64,000 bases of DNA from NCBI GenBank assembly GCA_025786725.1, contig JAHLTZ010000010.1:62001-126000 (forward strand), in the 5' to 3' direction. The position numbers and the translations under genes were made by a program. Below are positions 13,361-25,095 of the stretch, one piece after another. The DNA comes from Syncephalis fuscata S228 (Eukaryota; Fungi; Zoopagomycota). Every line of letters begins with the position of its first letter. Position 1 is the stretch's first letter. The notes beneath the pieces are model-generated. The model worked only from the letters and a program-made list of their open reading frames with translations, had not been told where the DNA came from and searched no databases.

Positions 13361-14980
13361 TTAAAAAAGGGGTTTTAATAAAATGTATGTTAAAATTAAT
13401 AGTGATCATTTAATTAATAAATTGGTGGCAATAATACGTATAACTTTACGTATAATCAAGCAAATTGTATGATATTTTACACAGGTATTTATATGACATA
13501 TAGGTAACTATTGGCAAAGTATACCGTTATTTTATTGCGTGATGGCGTAATAATTGCGATAATACGTTAATAAATGTACAAAAACAGCAGTTTTTTTACC
13601 AATCATGACTTGTATAATTAAAATACAGCAAAATAATTGCCAAATTCAAGTTCTCCATGCTTGGCTGTATCGTTTGGTATGACTTATAAAACAACGATTT
13701 TTGCAACAAAAGTTAGTCAAAAATGCAATTTGTGTATTGTTAGTTAGCAAAGTTTTATGTTACATATATATATATGACATAAATTGCTATAGTATATCGG
13801 TATTTCTGCATATTAATATGCAGTTATATTTGTTTTAGCGTTGTAAAGCATTTCAGGTTTACTTTAGTCTAAATTTATTTTTAATATTAATTTTTAAAAT
13901 TATACAGCTTAATCACTTTTCGTTAACTAGCAATACACAAATTGCATTTTTGACTAACTTTTGTTGCAAAAATCGTTGTTTTATAAGTCATACCAAACGA
14001 TACAGCCAAGCATGGAGAACTTGAATTTGGCAATTATTTTGCTGTATTTTAATTATACAAGTCATGATTGGTAAAAAAACTGCTGTTTTTGTACATTTAT
14101 TAACGTATTATCGCAATTATTACGCCATCACGCAATAAAATAACGGTATACTTTGCCAATAGTTACTTATATGTCATATAAATACCTATGTAAAATATCA
14201 TGCGATTTGCTTGATTATATGTAAAGTTATACGTAGTATTAGCAAAACTTTTACTAAATAAATTAGAAATACGTAAATCGTATTTTTGACTAACTTTTGT
14301 TGCAAAAATCGTTGTTTTATAAGTCATACCAAACGATACAGCCAAGCATGGAGAACTTGAATTTGGCAATTATTTTGCTGTGTTTTAATTATACAAGTCA
14401 TGATTGGTAAAAAACTGCTGTTTTTGTACATTTATTAACGTATTATCGCAATTATTACGCCATCACGCAATAAAATAACGGTATACTTTGCCAATAGTTA
14501 CCTATATGTCATATAAATACCTGTGTAAAATATCATGCGATTTGCTTGATTATATGTAAAGTTATACGTAGTATTAGCAAAACTTTTACTAAATAAATTA
14601 GAAATACGTAAATCGTATTTTTGATTAGCTTTTGTTGCAAAAATTGTTGCCCTATAAGTCATACCAAACGATACAGCCAAGCATGGAGAACTTGAATTTG
14701 GCAATTATTTTGCTGTATTTTAATTATACAAGTCATGATTGGTAAAAAAACTGCTGTTTTTGTACATTTATTAACGTATTATCGCAATTATTACGCCATC
14801 ACGCAATAAAATAACGGTATACTTTGCCAATAGTTACTTATATGTCATATAAATACCTATGTAAAATATCATACAGTTTGCTTGCTTATACGTAAAGTTA
14901 TACGTATTATTGCCACCAATTTATTAATTAAATGATCACTATTAATTTTAACATACATTTTATTAAAACCCCTTTTTTAA
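13361..14980. mobile_element. Non-autonomous foldback/TIR-type DNA element: ~390-bp left arm, ~160-bp spacer, right arm made of three tandem ~335-bp copies in inverted orientation
   Basis: 13361 TTAAAAAAGGGGTTTTAATAAAATGTATG... is the reverse complement of ...CATACATTTTATTAAAACCCCTTTTTTAA ending 14980. Left arm 13361-~13753 matches 13915-14980 inverted. No transposase ORF seen. Confidence 0.75.
13915..14980. repeat. Tandem direct repeat, ~335-336 bp period, three near-identical copies
   Basis: Anchor AGTTAC(T/C)TATATGTCATATAAATACCT recurs at 14161, 14496 and 14832; near-duplicate ORFs 14163-14369 and 14498-14704 are 335 bp apart. Confidence 0.93.
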
Positions 14981-15664
14981 TACTGCAGCATACTTTGATG
15001 GTATTGGCGCGATAATCTTATGCTTAAATTTATAAACTAGCGTTTTATCGATATTTCAAAGTATTTTACATCAAAATAAAATATTTTGCTATAATTATGG
15101 CCATTAGAAATAAAAATATAATATTTTTACAATGGTTTTATTGTTGTCATTCCAATGTCATAACTATACTATTATTCAAATAAACTAAGAATATTATTTT
15201 AATAAAGAAATAATAGAAAGCGTTAAGTTCTATCATGGGCTATAGTTAAGTTGTAATAATTGATTATAAATAACAAATAAGTTTATTATCAAAACAATAT
15301 CAACTAACACATTGCATTCTGAATATTAAGGTAATTTCAGTAGGCATTAAAAGCTAACAGTATAAGATAGCACCGGGGTAAGATGTTGCTTGGCCATCCA
15401 AGTTACAATCTTTAAAAGTAAAGCTATAACATTATGATTTTAAAGCTACGTTATCATACAAATATAATGATTTTGGTAATAAATATTATTGCACCATCAA
15501 TTATGCTTTTTATATAAATGATGTTGTAGAATACATGCCAAGTATTAAATATAATAGAATTATTAGACTGCACATTTTTAAATTGTGTAAAATGCTTTAT
15601 CAGCTGTCTTAACCTATTTGTATTCAGAATTAAAAAAGATTGTTTTTTAAATCAACAACTATAA

Positions 15665-16555
15665 TTATGAACATGGGCTAAGGATGTAGTCAAGATAGGC
15701 AGCAGTTCGTACAGCAATACGAGCAAATGAAAAGTCGATGTTGGTCTTGTGAGTTTCTAGATATTCTTCACCTAATTTGAGATCATGATACTTGGGTTCA
15801 TTTAGTTCTTTCAAAATCATTTCAGCAAGAAATTTACTATTGTTTAGCCATTCTATTGTGCAACGTTCAAGCGGATTTTCTTTTTCTGACAAACAACGGG
15901 TCCAACTAGCACGCTTATCTGCATATTTACCATTCTTTAACTCCTCTTCTAAACGATCAACATATTTGAAAATAGTTAAGCGAGGAACTGTTTCGGCCAT
16001 TTTATTTGCTATGGCTCCCCTAGGCAAAAACCTGTCCCATACAACGTGAAGATTGGTAAGCGTACCATCCCAGCTACACTCTAATTCGGTAGCACCTTTT
16101 TTGTAGCCCGTTATATGCAGTGGCTGGCCCATATCGGCTAAAAAATGAAGTAAGAACTTTAGAGCTTCCGGTCGTTCAGCTGGGTCTGCATCACATTTTA
16201 ATTTTTGAGTGAACAATTCTATACCAGTAAAGATTGTTTTAGTAGACTCAAAATATTTGGGCGTGAGTTCTATTTTCTCATTGGGAGCATATGGAATCTT
16301 GGCTATATGAAATGGCGTGGTATACGCGTGTTTTGGATCAATTCTCATTTTGTCGGCCCAGTTTGCGGCCTCGCCGTACTCTTGAACTTGGCCATCAACA
16401 GTAAGAAGTTTGTCAACGTGCGCTTTAATCTTTGGAGGCAACAGTCTCCGTACCAAAAGAGCTATTGCTCTGTGCGCATCTTCGCCCCATGCATCAGCAA
16501 AGGGCAACGCTACAGCGCAAAATGCAATCATCAAAATGAAGACCTTTGCTAACAT
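15665..16555 (-). CDS. Secreted S1/P1-family zinc nuclease, intronless
   Basis: Signal peptide MLAKVFILMIAFCAVALPFADA, then mature WGEDAH; WADKMR, FH, EALKFLLHFLADMGQPLH and NLHVVWD supply the family's nine Zn ligands. Confidence 0.9.
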   Translation of the reverse strand: MLAKVFILMIAFCAVALPFADAWGEDAHRAIALLVRRLLPPKIKAHVDKLLTVDGQVQEYGEAANWADKMRIDPKHAYTTPFHIAKIPYAPNEKIELTPKYFESTKTIFTGIELFTQKLKCDADPAERPEALKFLLHFLADMGQPLHITGYKKGATELECSWDGTLTNLHVVWDRFLPRGAIANKMAETVPRLTIFKYVDRLEEELKNGKYADKRASWTRCLSEKENPLERCTIEWLNNSKFLAEMILKELNEPKYHDLKLGEEYLETHKTNIDFSFARIAVRTAAYLDYILSPCS

Positions 16556-17856
16556 GTTTAATAATTGATAGCAATATAAGGAAGATGTATACGTGTAATA
16601 AGCGTGTATTTGTCTAAAAAGCAATCTAGTCTGCTAAAAAATACTATTCTAAGTTTTAGTGTTAAAATAAGTGAGAAAAAGAAAGTAAAGGTGAGTTTAT
16701 AGTTAGAAACGAATTGCTGGTCGTATGGTGCTTTAAATAATTTGAAAATTGACTTGACTCCTGCCATTTTTCTGCCATACCACACTCCGCTTTAACGGAG
16801 TATATAAGATAGTACAGATTTAGCAACATGTTGTTTTTCCGACAATTGACAGCTTCCTTTTAGCATTCTATCAACGTGGATTTGTTCCAGATGTTGTGTT
16901 TTGATTAAATCACATGTACAAAAATCTTATTAGACACAAAATAAGCTATATTTTGTGTTTTAAATTGACATAATCTTTTGGAACATGCTGTAAATATCGC
17001 TTTTAGATTTAGAAATGTTAAATTCCAAATTAAGCATAGCTAGAATCCAACCTATTATTTATTATTTCTGCCTCAATTAAGCTGAGCATTATTTTAAATT
17101 TGGTTTAGTGCTTGCTATTAGGCGTGAATATTCTTTTTAGTGTTTTTAAATTCGAATAATACGTTTGTTTTATTACTGTTATTCGTATTTAAAAGCTATT
17201 TATAAATTGTGTTGTCAATTATGGTTTATTATAAAAACAGTTTAATTAGTATGATAATTCCTAACATCATTCTATTGGGGAACTATCTCTATTGACAGTG
17301 AAGTAATTGAAATTGAAATAAAACTTAATTCAACTTAAAATCACCATTTACAGCAGCAATAAAAACACTTAAACGCTTTATTGTATTGAAATTGTATAAG
17401 TATTTTTGATATTTCAATTAACATATTAGTGTTATATATTGACTAAACTATTCTTTGCAAGTATTAGATTCAAATATAAATAGTCTGTGTTAATAGAATT
17501 TAAATTGTTATGTAAATCACTGTTAAAAATCCACCTAACGTTGTATTTGATGCTAGGCATTGATGTGCTTATTTTGACAATATTGATTTATGGTATAAAG
17601 GGTTTAATAAAATAGAAATATTTATATTTTGTCATTGATTCAATTAAGGTATGCAGATCAAAAGTCGTAGGCATAATGCGGTGTTAATTGATAATGTAAT
17701 TATACTGCGTGTAAAGAATATACTCACAAAATAGTGATTATTTGTGCGTGTGTCAATTGATTGGCCGAAACTGAAAGGCGGTCATCACCACCCGCTTGTG
17801 AGTGAGAAAATACAGTTCTGCCTCTTTCGCGATCCATCTGCGTACACATCGTCAAT

Positions 17857-18550
17857 ATGGTAAGTAAATCATTTGGATTTGCAAACTACATGTGTCTATG
17901 CATCCATGCATCCATCCATCCATCCATATAGCCGTATAGAGGATATACGTATCACACGAACGAACGAACGAACGAACGAACGAACGAACGGATAGATGGA
18001 TAGATGGATGGAATAGATGATATGCTTGGGCCAAGTCCATATAATTTTGGGACATCATCAAAGCAATGGCTAGCATAGGTAGTTGGCTGTAGATATCTGA
18101 TAGCCGTTGGCTAGCCTAGCATTTATACAGCTAGACCATGTAGTATTGCTTGTTATAAACGCGATTATATGCTAACAGCAAGCGATCGTGGAATCTATGA
18201 CATGATTACAGGGTAAAGTCCACGGTTCTCTTGCTCGTGCTGGTAAAGTCAAGTCCCAGACCCCAAAGGTCGAGGCCCAAGAAAAGAAGAAGAAGCCAAC
18301 TGGTAAGTTGCCATGGCTTATTAATGTGGTCGAGTCAAACCATGAGATGCAACTACTGACAATGACATGAATTCAATTAGGCCGCGCCAAGAAGCGCGTT
18401 CAGTATCTCCGTCGTTTCGTTAACGTCACTTTGATTGGTGGCAAGAGAAGAGTAAGTTGCCATGAATTGCTAGTTAGAACGTATATTAATGAAGATTGCT
18501 TTAATTTTATTACTGCGTATAATTAGATGAATGCCAATCCAGAGAAATAA
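17857..18550 (+). CDS. RPS30: 40S ribosomal protein eS30; introns 17860-18211, 18303-18380, 18452-18526
   Basis: Spliced product [62 protein letters not shown]; not in the ORF track because the exons are short. Confidence 0.96.
17911..18011. repeat. Compound tetranucleotide microsatellite (CATC)n - (GAAC)n - (GATG/GATA)n inside RPS30 intron 1
   Basis: catccatgcatccatccatccatcc, then about 8 copies of acga/cgaa at 17956-17990, then ggatagatggatagatggatgg. Confidence 0.85.
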
Positions 18551-18948
18551 GCATTGCTATTGTACGACTGCTGGAGTTTTCTCGCCAATACACTGCGTTG
18601 GCAAGACAATTATGCACTGTCTTTTAGTTGCTGTTGATGCTTCTGCGTGTTGCATGAAGTAACAATAAACATTTGCGGAAGCTCATTGTTTCACTGGAAA
18701 TTGATTTACATATTTATTTATTATTTTAGTTGTTGTAAGGTTAAATCAGTTACAATTATTACTGTAGTGTAGGATTTGTTGAATATAAATTTATACAATG
18801 CTATTTATTATTAATCAAATATGACTGTTTTAACTGTATTTTTGGTAAAATGCAGTTTATAAAAAATATTATGACCATTCATGAATCATTTGCTTTTAAT
18901 AAGCTTTATTTTAAATATGTGTGGATAACAGGTGGTGTCAGTATCTGT

Positions 18949-20103
18949 TTAAGCTTTCTTCTGCTTAGCAGCAATATGCATCAGCTTGTAAAGTGTTTCA
19001 AGACGTGGCATTTCTATATTATGTTTCTTTGCCTCGCGAATAGGATTGCCTATAATCACCTCGACTTCCATGGGATTTCCAGACATGTAATCTACTAGAA
19101 TCGATGGCTTATAGGCAGGTAATTTGCCTGTAAAGCTCATATGTTCCATTACAGACGATGGTGGAGATGGACCTGGATACTTGTCCGATCCAAATATTTG
19201 AACAGCCGTGTCCCATATTTCCGTCATAATATCCTCAATTAGCTGATGGCAATCCGGCTCATTAAGCATAGAGTGTGTATCGTGTAGACCGGTCAATACG
19301 GCTGGTATACCAAATCCGGCATTCCATACGATTTTATTCCAACGCACCGGCTGTATATCGGTCATAACCATTGCAGCAACACCACCAGCTTCAAATAGTT
19401 GTGCCAACCGATTCGTATCTGGTTCTTGGGTTTGTATCGGCTGTTCGACACGATTATATGAGCCAATACGTAAATCTCCTCGTAAAGCGTGGGAAATAAC
19501 ACCAGGCGCAATTTGTGTTACCCCAATATACGCGACACACGAAATACAAGGATTATGAGGGAATTGTTGCGCCACTGGCTCTTCAATGCCTACGCCATTT
19601 TGAATAAGCACCACCGCTGTCTTATTCGCGGTTATTGCTGGAGCAATAGTATCGGCCGTGCTGCTTAATTCTGGTAACGATTTTGTACACACTACAACGT
19701 AGTCAAATCCATCAGGCACAGCAGCCGCAGCACTTTGGACCGAATCAATTACTTTACAATACAAAATAAGCTTATAATATCAATATAACTACGCGTGCAA
19801 GCTTACCTTGCCACGGCTGAAACACATTGTCGCCATGCTTAGTCGACTTTATTTGGAATCCGTTTTCTTTTACAATGGTATAATTGGAACGACAGACACA
19901 GATGACGCGGCAACCTGCAGACTGTAGCCGCCAGCCATAATAAGCACCAATAGCTCCTGTGCCAACTGTATAGTGTTTATTAGTGCTGCTGGTTTATTTA
20001 TTATTTATTACTGTTGATAGCTACCTATTAGCACTGTAGGACCAGTGGCGTCACTGCTACTGCCGTTGTTATTATGGTTAATGGCACCACTATCAGAATT
20101 CAT
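18949..20103 (-). CDS. 2-dehydropantoate 2-reductase (ketopantoate reductase, PanE/ApbA family), two introns
   Basis: VLIVGTGAIGAYYGWRL Rossmann motif across intron 1; FDYVVVCTKSLP, VLIQNGVGIE, RWNKIVWNA, YKPSILVDY...MEVEVIIGNP. Confidence 0.88.
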
Positions 20104-20397
20104 ATTGGTAGAATAAATGAGTAATAAAGATGGATACCCATGTCTCATTTTCATGGATGCATTTGTCCGTGAATTTATCGGCACGCATTTACCCTTTTTT
20201 AAATATGACACGTCAGTTTTCGTAACATGATTCAGATGACGAAAGTCACAATAAATATTTTGAATCTATATGCAAGACACGGCGTGCCCCTTTTTAACTA
20301 TCGCTGCTCTTTCTTTCTTCCCTTTCTTCACTTGTTCTCTTCACAACAAACTGCACTATCTACTAGTTATTCTTTGGACATTGCTACTTTGATAGCA

Positions 20398-21408
20398 ATG
20401 AGTGTGCATGGTAAGTTATTCAAGCAGCAACATTGGCAGTCTAGTGTGTTGATTGATTGATACTATCTATACGTATAGCCAGTGAATCATCACCATCGAT
20501 TATCTCGTTCGGACACGATTGGGGGCTACCTTCAACAGTTGCCAACAGTACAGCTAATACTAGTAGCAGCAATAACGGTTCAGTAGATAAAGTAACTCAT
20601 AATCGTAGTTACAGTCAATCTACCAGCAATACAGCCGTTAACACGACTGAAAACAACACGTCAACATCGACGACTAAACCGTTTAGTACGGGTATTCCAG
20701 CTGATATACTATCTTCATCTATCTACGAGGATAGCCATCAAACGCCTACGTCAGCTGTAGCGTATACAGACGTGTCATCACCAGCAATTTTTTTAAAAAA
20801 CTCTACAGATTCAAATCTATCTACCTCTTTAATTGACCCCACCCAAGCTAACCGTCACATCAAAATGGCTTCACCCTCAAACAACAAAAATAAAAAGGAT
20901 AAAGCAACACCTCCAGCCGAGGTGCTTTCCAGCAAAAGCGAATTTCCACCATTGCCGACCCAAGAGGATGCACCACCACCTTCACCGCCCAATCTGGCCG
21001 AAAGTGAGAGTTATGCCCAAGCCGCCAAGCATAGTATGGGCAGTGAAAGCGAAGAGAATGATACAGATAGGCCACAGAAGCCTCGCAAGCGATCTCGTAG
21101 TCATCTGTCCTCGCCGTCCTCGCCTAGCTCGCAAATATTAGCGGCTAAAACATGGCTAGGCGTAGGATTAGTCGCTGCAGTTATGGGAAAGATTCTACAA
21201 AATAAATCTAATCATCAAGCTGGTAAACCGTTGTTGATAGGCGGTGTAGCTACTGCGCTTCTATCTGGACTAAGCTGGTAAGTTATTGAATAGTTAGTAG
21301 AATAGATGGAATAGATCGATATAGATAGATATAGATAGCTAATATATTGATTGTTACAGGGTCTGGCTTCGTCGATCTTCTGATAGAAATGTAAAGCGCA
21401 GCTCTTAA
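20398..21408 (+). CDS. Uncharacterised Ser/Thr/Pro-rich protein with two C-terminal hydrophobic segments (membrane-anchored); three exons
   Basis: ATG AGT GTG CAT G|gtaagt at 20398; main exon in ORF 20457-21281; last exon 21360-21408; C-terminus TWLGVGLVAAVMG...LLIGGVATALLSGLSWVWLRRSSDRNVKRSS*. Confidence 0.65.
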
Positions 21409-21533
21409 ATCTCATTACTGTATAAAGTTACCATTTAAACCATATTAATTAAGCAAATGTATATAGTTAAATCAATGTATTTATAATAACAGTTAATAAT
21501 AATGCGGTATAATATGTATTAATATGTAGTTTA

Positions 21534-22148
21534 TTAAAAGCCAAGACCAGATGCACCACCTTTGAATCGATTCTTTCTATTCTGCATACCTTTATTAAAC
21601 TGTGATTCCATGTCTTGAGCTATTTTATTTGCCATATTACTATTGATGGCGGTATTAGCATCATTTGATGTTGAATTGGTTGATTTACTAGTAGATCCAC
21701 CACTACTACCACCACCACCTAATAACCGAAGGAATTTGTCTTTACGTGCATCATCTCCATTAAAATCAGCTTGAGACCAATCATTCCATGGCTTTGTCGG
21801 TTGAGTCGATGTTGTTTGTTTTTGATTAGAAGACAATTTATTTGAACTAGTCAATGTAGATTCATCGGATGACGATGATGATGCACTAGATGTTGGCTGT
21901 TCTTTCTTATGTTTCTTGTCCTTCTTCTTCTTTTTCTCGTCAGTCAACTTGGTAGCTACTTCTTCTACAGTTGCTTCTTTCTCGATCACTGTCTTTTTAC
22001 TGTGATCTTTTTCAGTCTTTTTCTCTTTTTTACTCTTTTTCTTTAGCTTGATCGCTTGGTCATTAGTGTCATCGTGTCGTTTGGTCTTCTTATTATGCTT
22101 CTTCTCGTCCGACTCGTCCAATACATGCTTCCGCTTATCCTTTCCCAT
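21534..22148 (-). CDS. Lysine-rich nucleolar protein with C-terminal SMAP (small acidic protein) domain
   Basis: Lys-rich N-terminus; WNDWSQADF...RKDKFLRLLG...MESQFNKGM...GLGF is the SMAP-type signature. Confidence 0.8.
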   Translation of the reverse strand: MGKDKRKHVLDESDEKKHNKKTKRHDDTNDQAIKLKKKSKKEKKTEKDHSKKTVIEKEATVEEVATKLTDEKKKKKDKKHKKEQPTSSASSSSSDESTLTSSNKLSSNQKQTTSTQPTKPWNDWSQADFNGDDARKDKFLRLLGGGGSSGGSTSKSTNSTSNDANTAINSNMANKIAQDMESQFNKGMQNRKNRFKGGASGLGF

Positions 22149-22724
22149 AGTCAATCAATTGTATATAAATATAGATATAAATAAACCGTAATAGTAGCGG
22201 TGAAATAAAAAGAACTAAAAATCATTCATGCCATCTTATTATCATTAGCCAATGGTGATCCATCCTATTTCACTCCTGATTCCCCTTTCCAAATACTTGA
22301 ACCATCAACTATTCTCAGTGTCTATATCGTACATTCTCAGTCAATTGATTATCCGTCTGTGCAGCTTGTACTTCCAGCCACTTTCTCTCTCCTTTCTTCC
22401 TCAAATACTCGCCCTTTCATTCACCTAGCTATCTTTACTACGATTGCTACCGCTCTTTTCTATTGCTTGTCCTTGTCGTGCTTCAATGAACAACAACAAT
22501 AACAATAGCAACTATAGCAACAATAGCAACAACAACAACAACAACACTATTTTCAGTTCTACTAGTATACAACATCTGACCATCGTTCTACTTTGCATTT
22601 AGCCAAACCTTATTCTGGATAACAACGTTTCGGCGTTATTTTTGTTTTGAGAACTTGCCAGCTTTTCTATCTTTAATTGGCACTTTTGCATATAGTCTAT
22701 TTGATAAGACTATCAATAAACTAA

Positions 22725-24211
<1,487 letters not shown>

Positions 24212-24349
24212 TAATATACTTCATTTATATAACGTTTAATTATTAAATAGTCATTACAATACTTATTTAGATTATTTAGTTATTATTATCATTTAATATT
24301 GAATATATGACCATAGTAATAGTAAAGATATGAACGCATTTTATTTTGT

Positions 24350-25095
24350 TTAAATCTAAGGTACAAATAGATAAATAGCCAATATTGACCATATCAATAT
24401 TGTTAGTATCAATATTATTAATAAAATAAAACATTTACCTCATCAATATCAAACTCAAAGTTGCACTCGTCGTCTTCATCGCCAAAGGTATCAGTTTCAT
24501 TGATACGAGCTATAATTACAGTAATTACAGTAGTTAGAAATAATTAGAAATAATGAGTCATAATCATTAATCATTAATGATCAATTAATTAACATGGCCC
24601 GTTTCTAGTGTGCAGTTTTACTTACCGTTTCTGGAAGTTCACCAGCTTTCTGAAGTGCTCGTGCCTCATCGGCATTGTACTTCATAATAACATCGGCCTT
24701 GTTATCTTGGAATTCACGTAATGATAGAAGAATGATATCGCCGTTATTAATCCAGACCTTCTTACGAAGTTTGCCACGAATGTGTGCTAGACGCTTTTCG
24801 CCATCGAAGCATTGTGCTTCCAAACGACCATTACCAAGCATCTTTAGTACTTGGGCATATTCTATTGACCAGTTAAACAGTCATCCATCGCTATTAAATA
24901 CAATGAAATAAAGTAAAGGTATATAGCTTACCTTGTCCTTCATCTTTAAGAATCAGTTCACGTTTCTCGCCATCGTTCTCGTTCTTTCCACGGCGACGAT
25001 TTTTACCTCCCTATTCATGATAGAATTGAATAGCCTATTAGATATTAAACAATATCGTAAATCTAGAAGCTTACCTTGCCTTTATTCTTCGGCAT
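24350..25095 (-). CDS. TIF11: Translation initiation factor eIF1A; four introns, last coding exon only 6 nt
   Basis: [20 protein letters not shown]...[32 protein letters not shown]...acidic tail FEFDIDEI*. Confidence 0.96.

Noticed and set aside
14163-14704. Two near-identical 68-aa ORFs (MPNSSSPCLAVSF...)
   Set aside because: They arise from the tandem repeat unit, start at non-ATG codons and show no protein-like features.
13361-14980. CRISPR array or LTR retrotransposon interpretation of the repeats
   Set aside because: Units are ~335 bp with no unique spacers, the outer repeats are inverted rather than direct, there are no TG...CA ends or gag/pol, and the context is eukaryotic.
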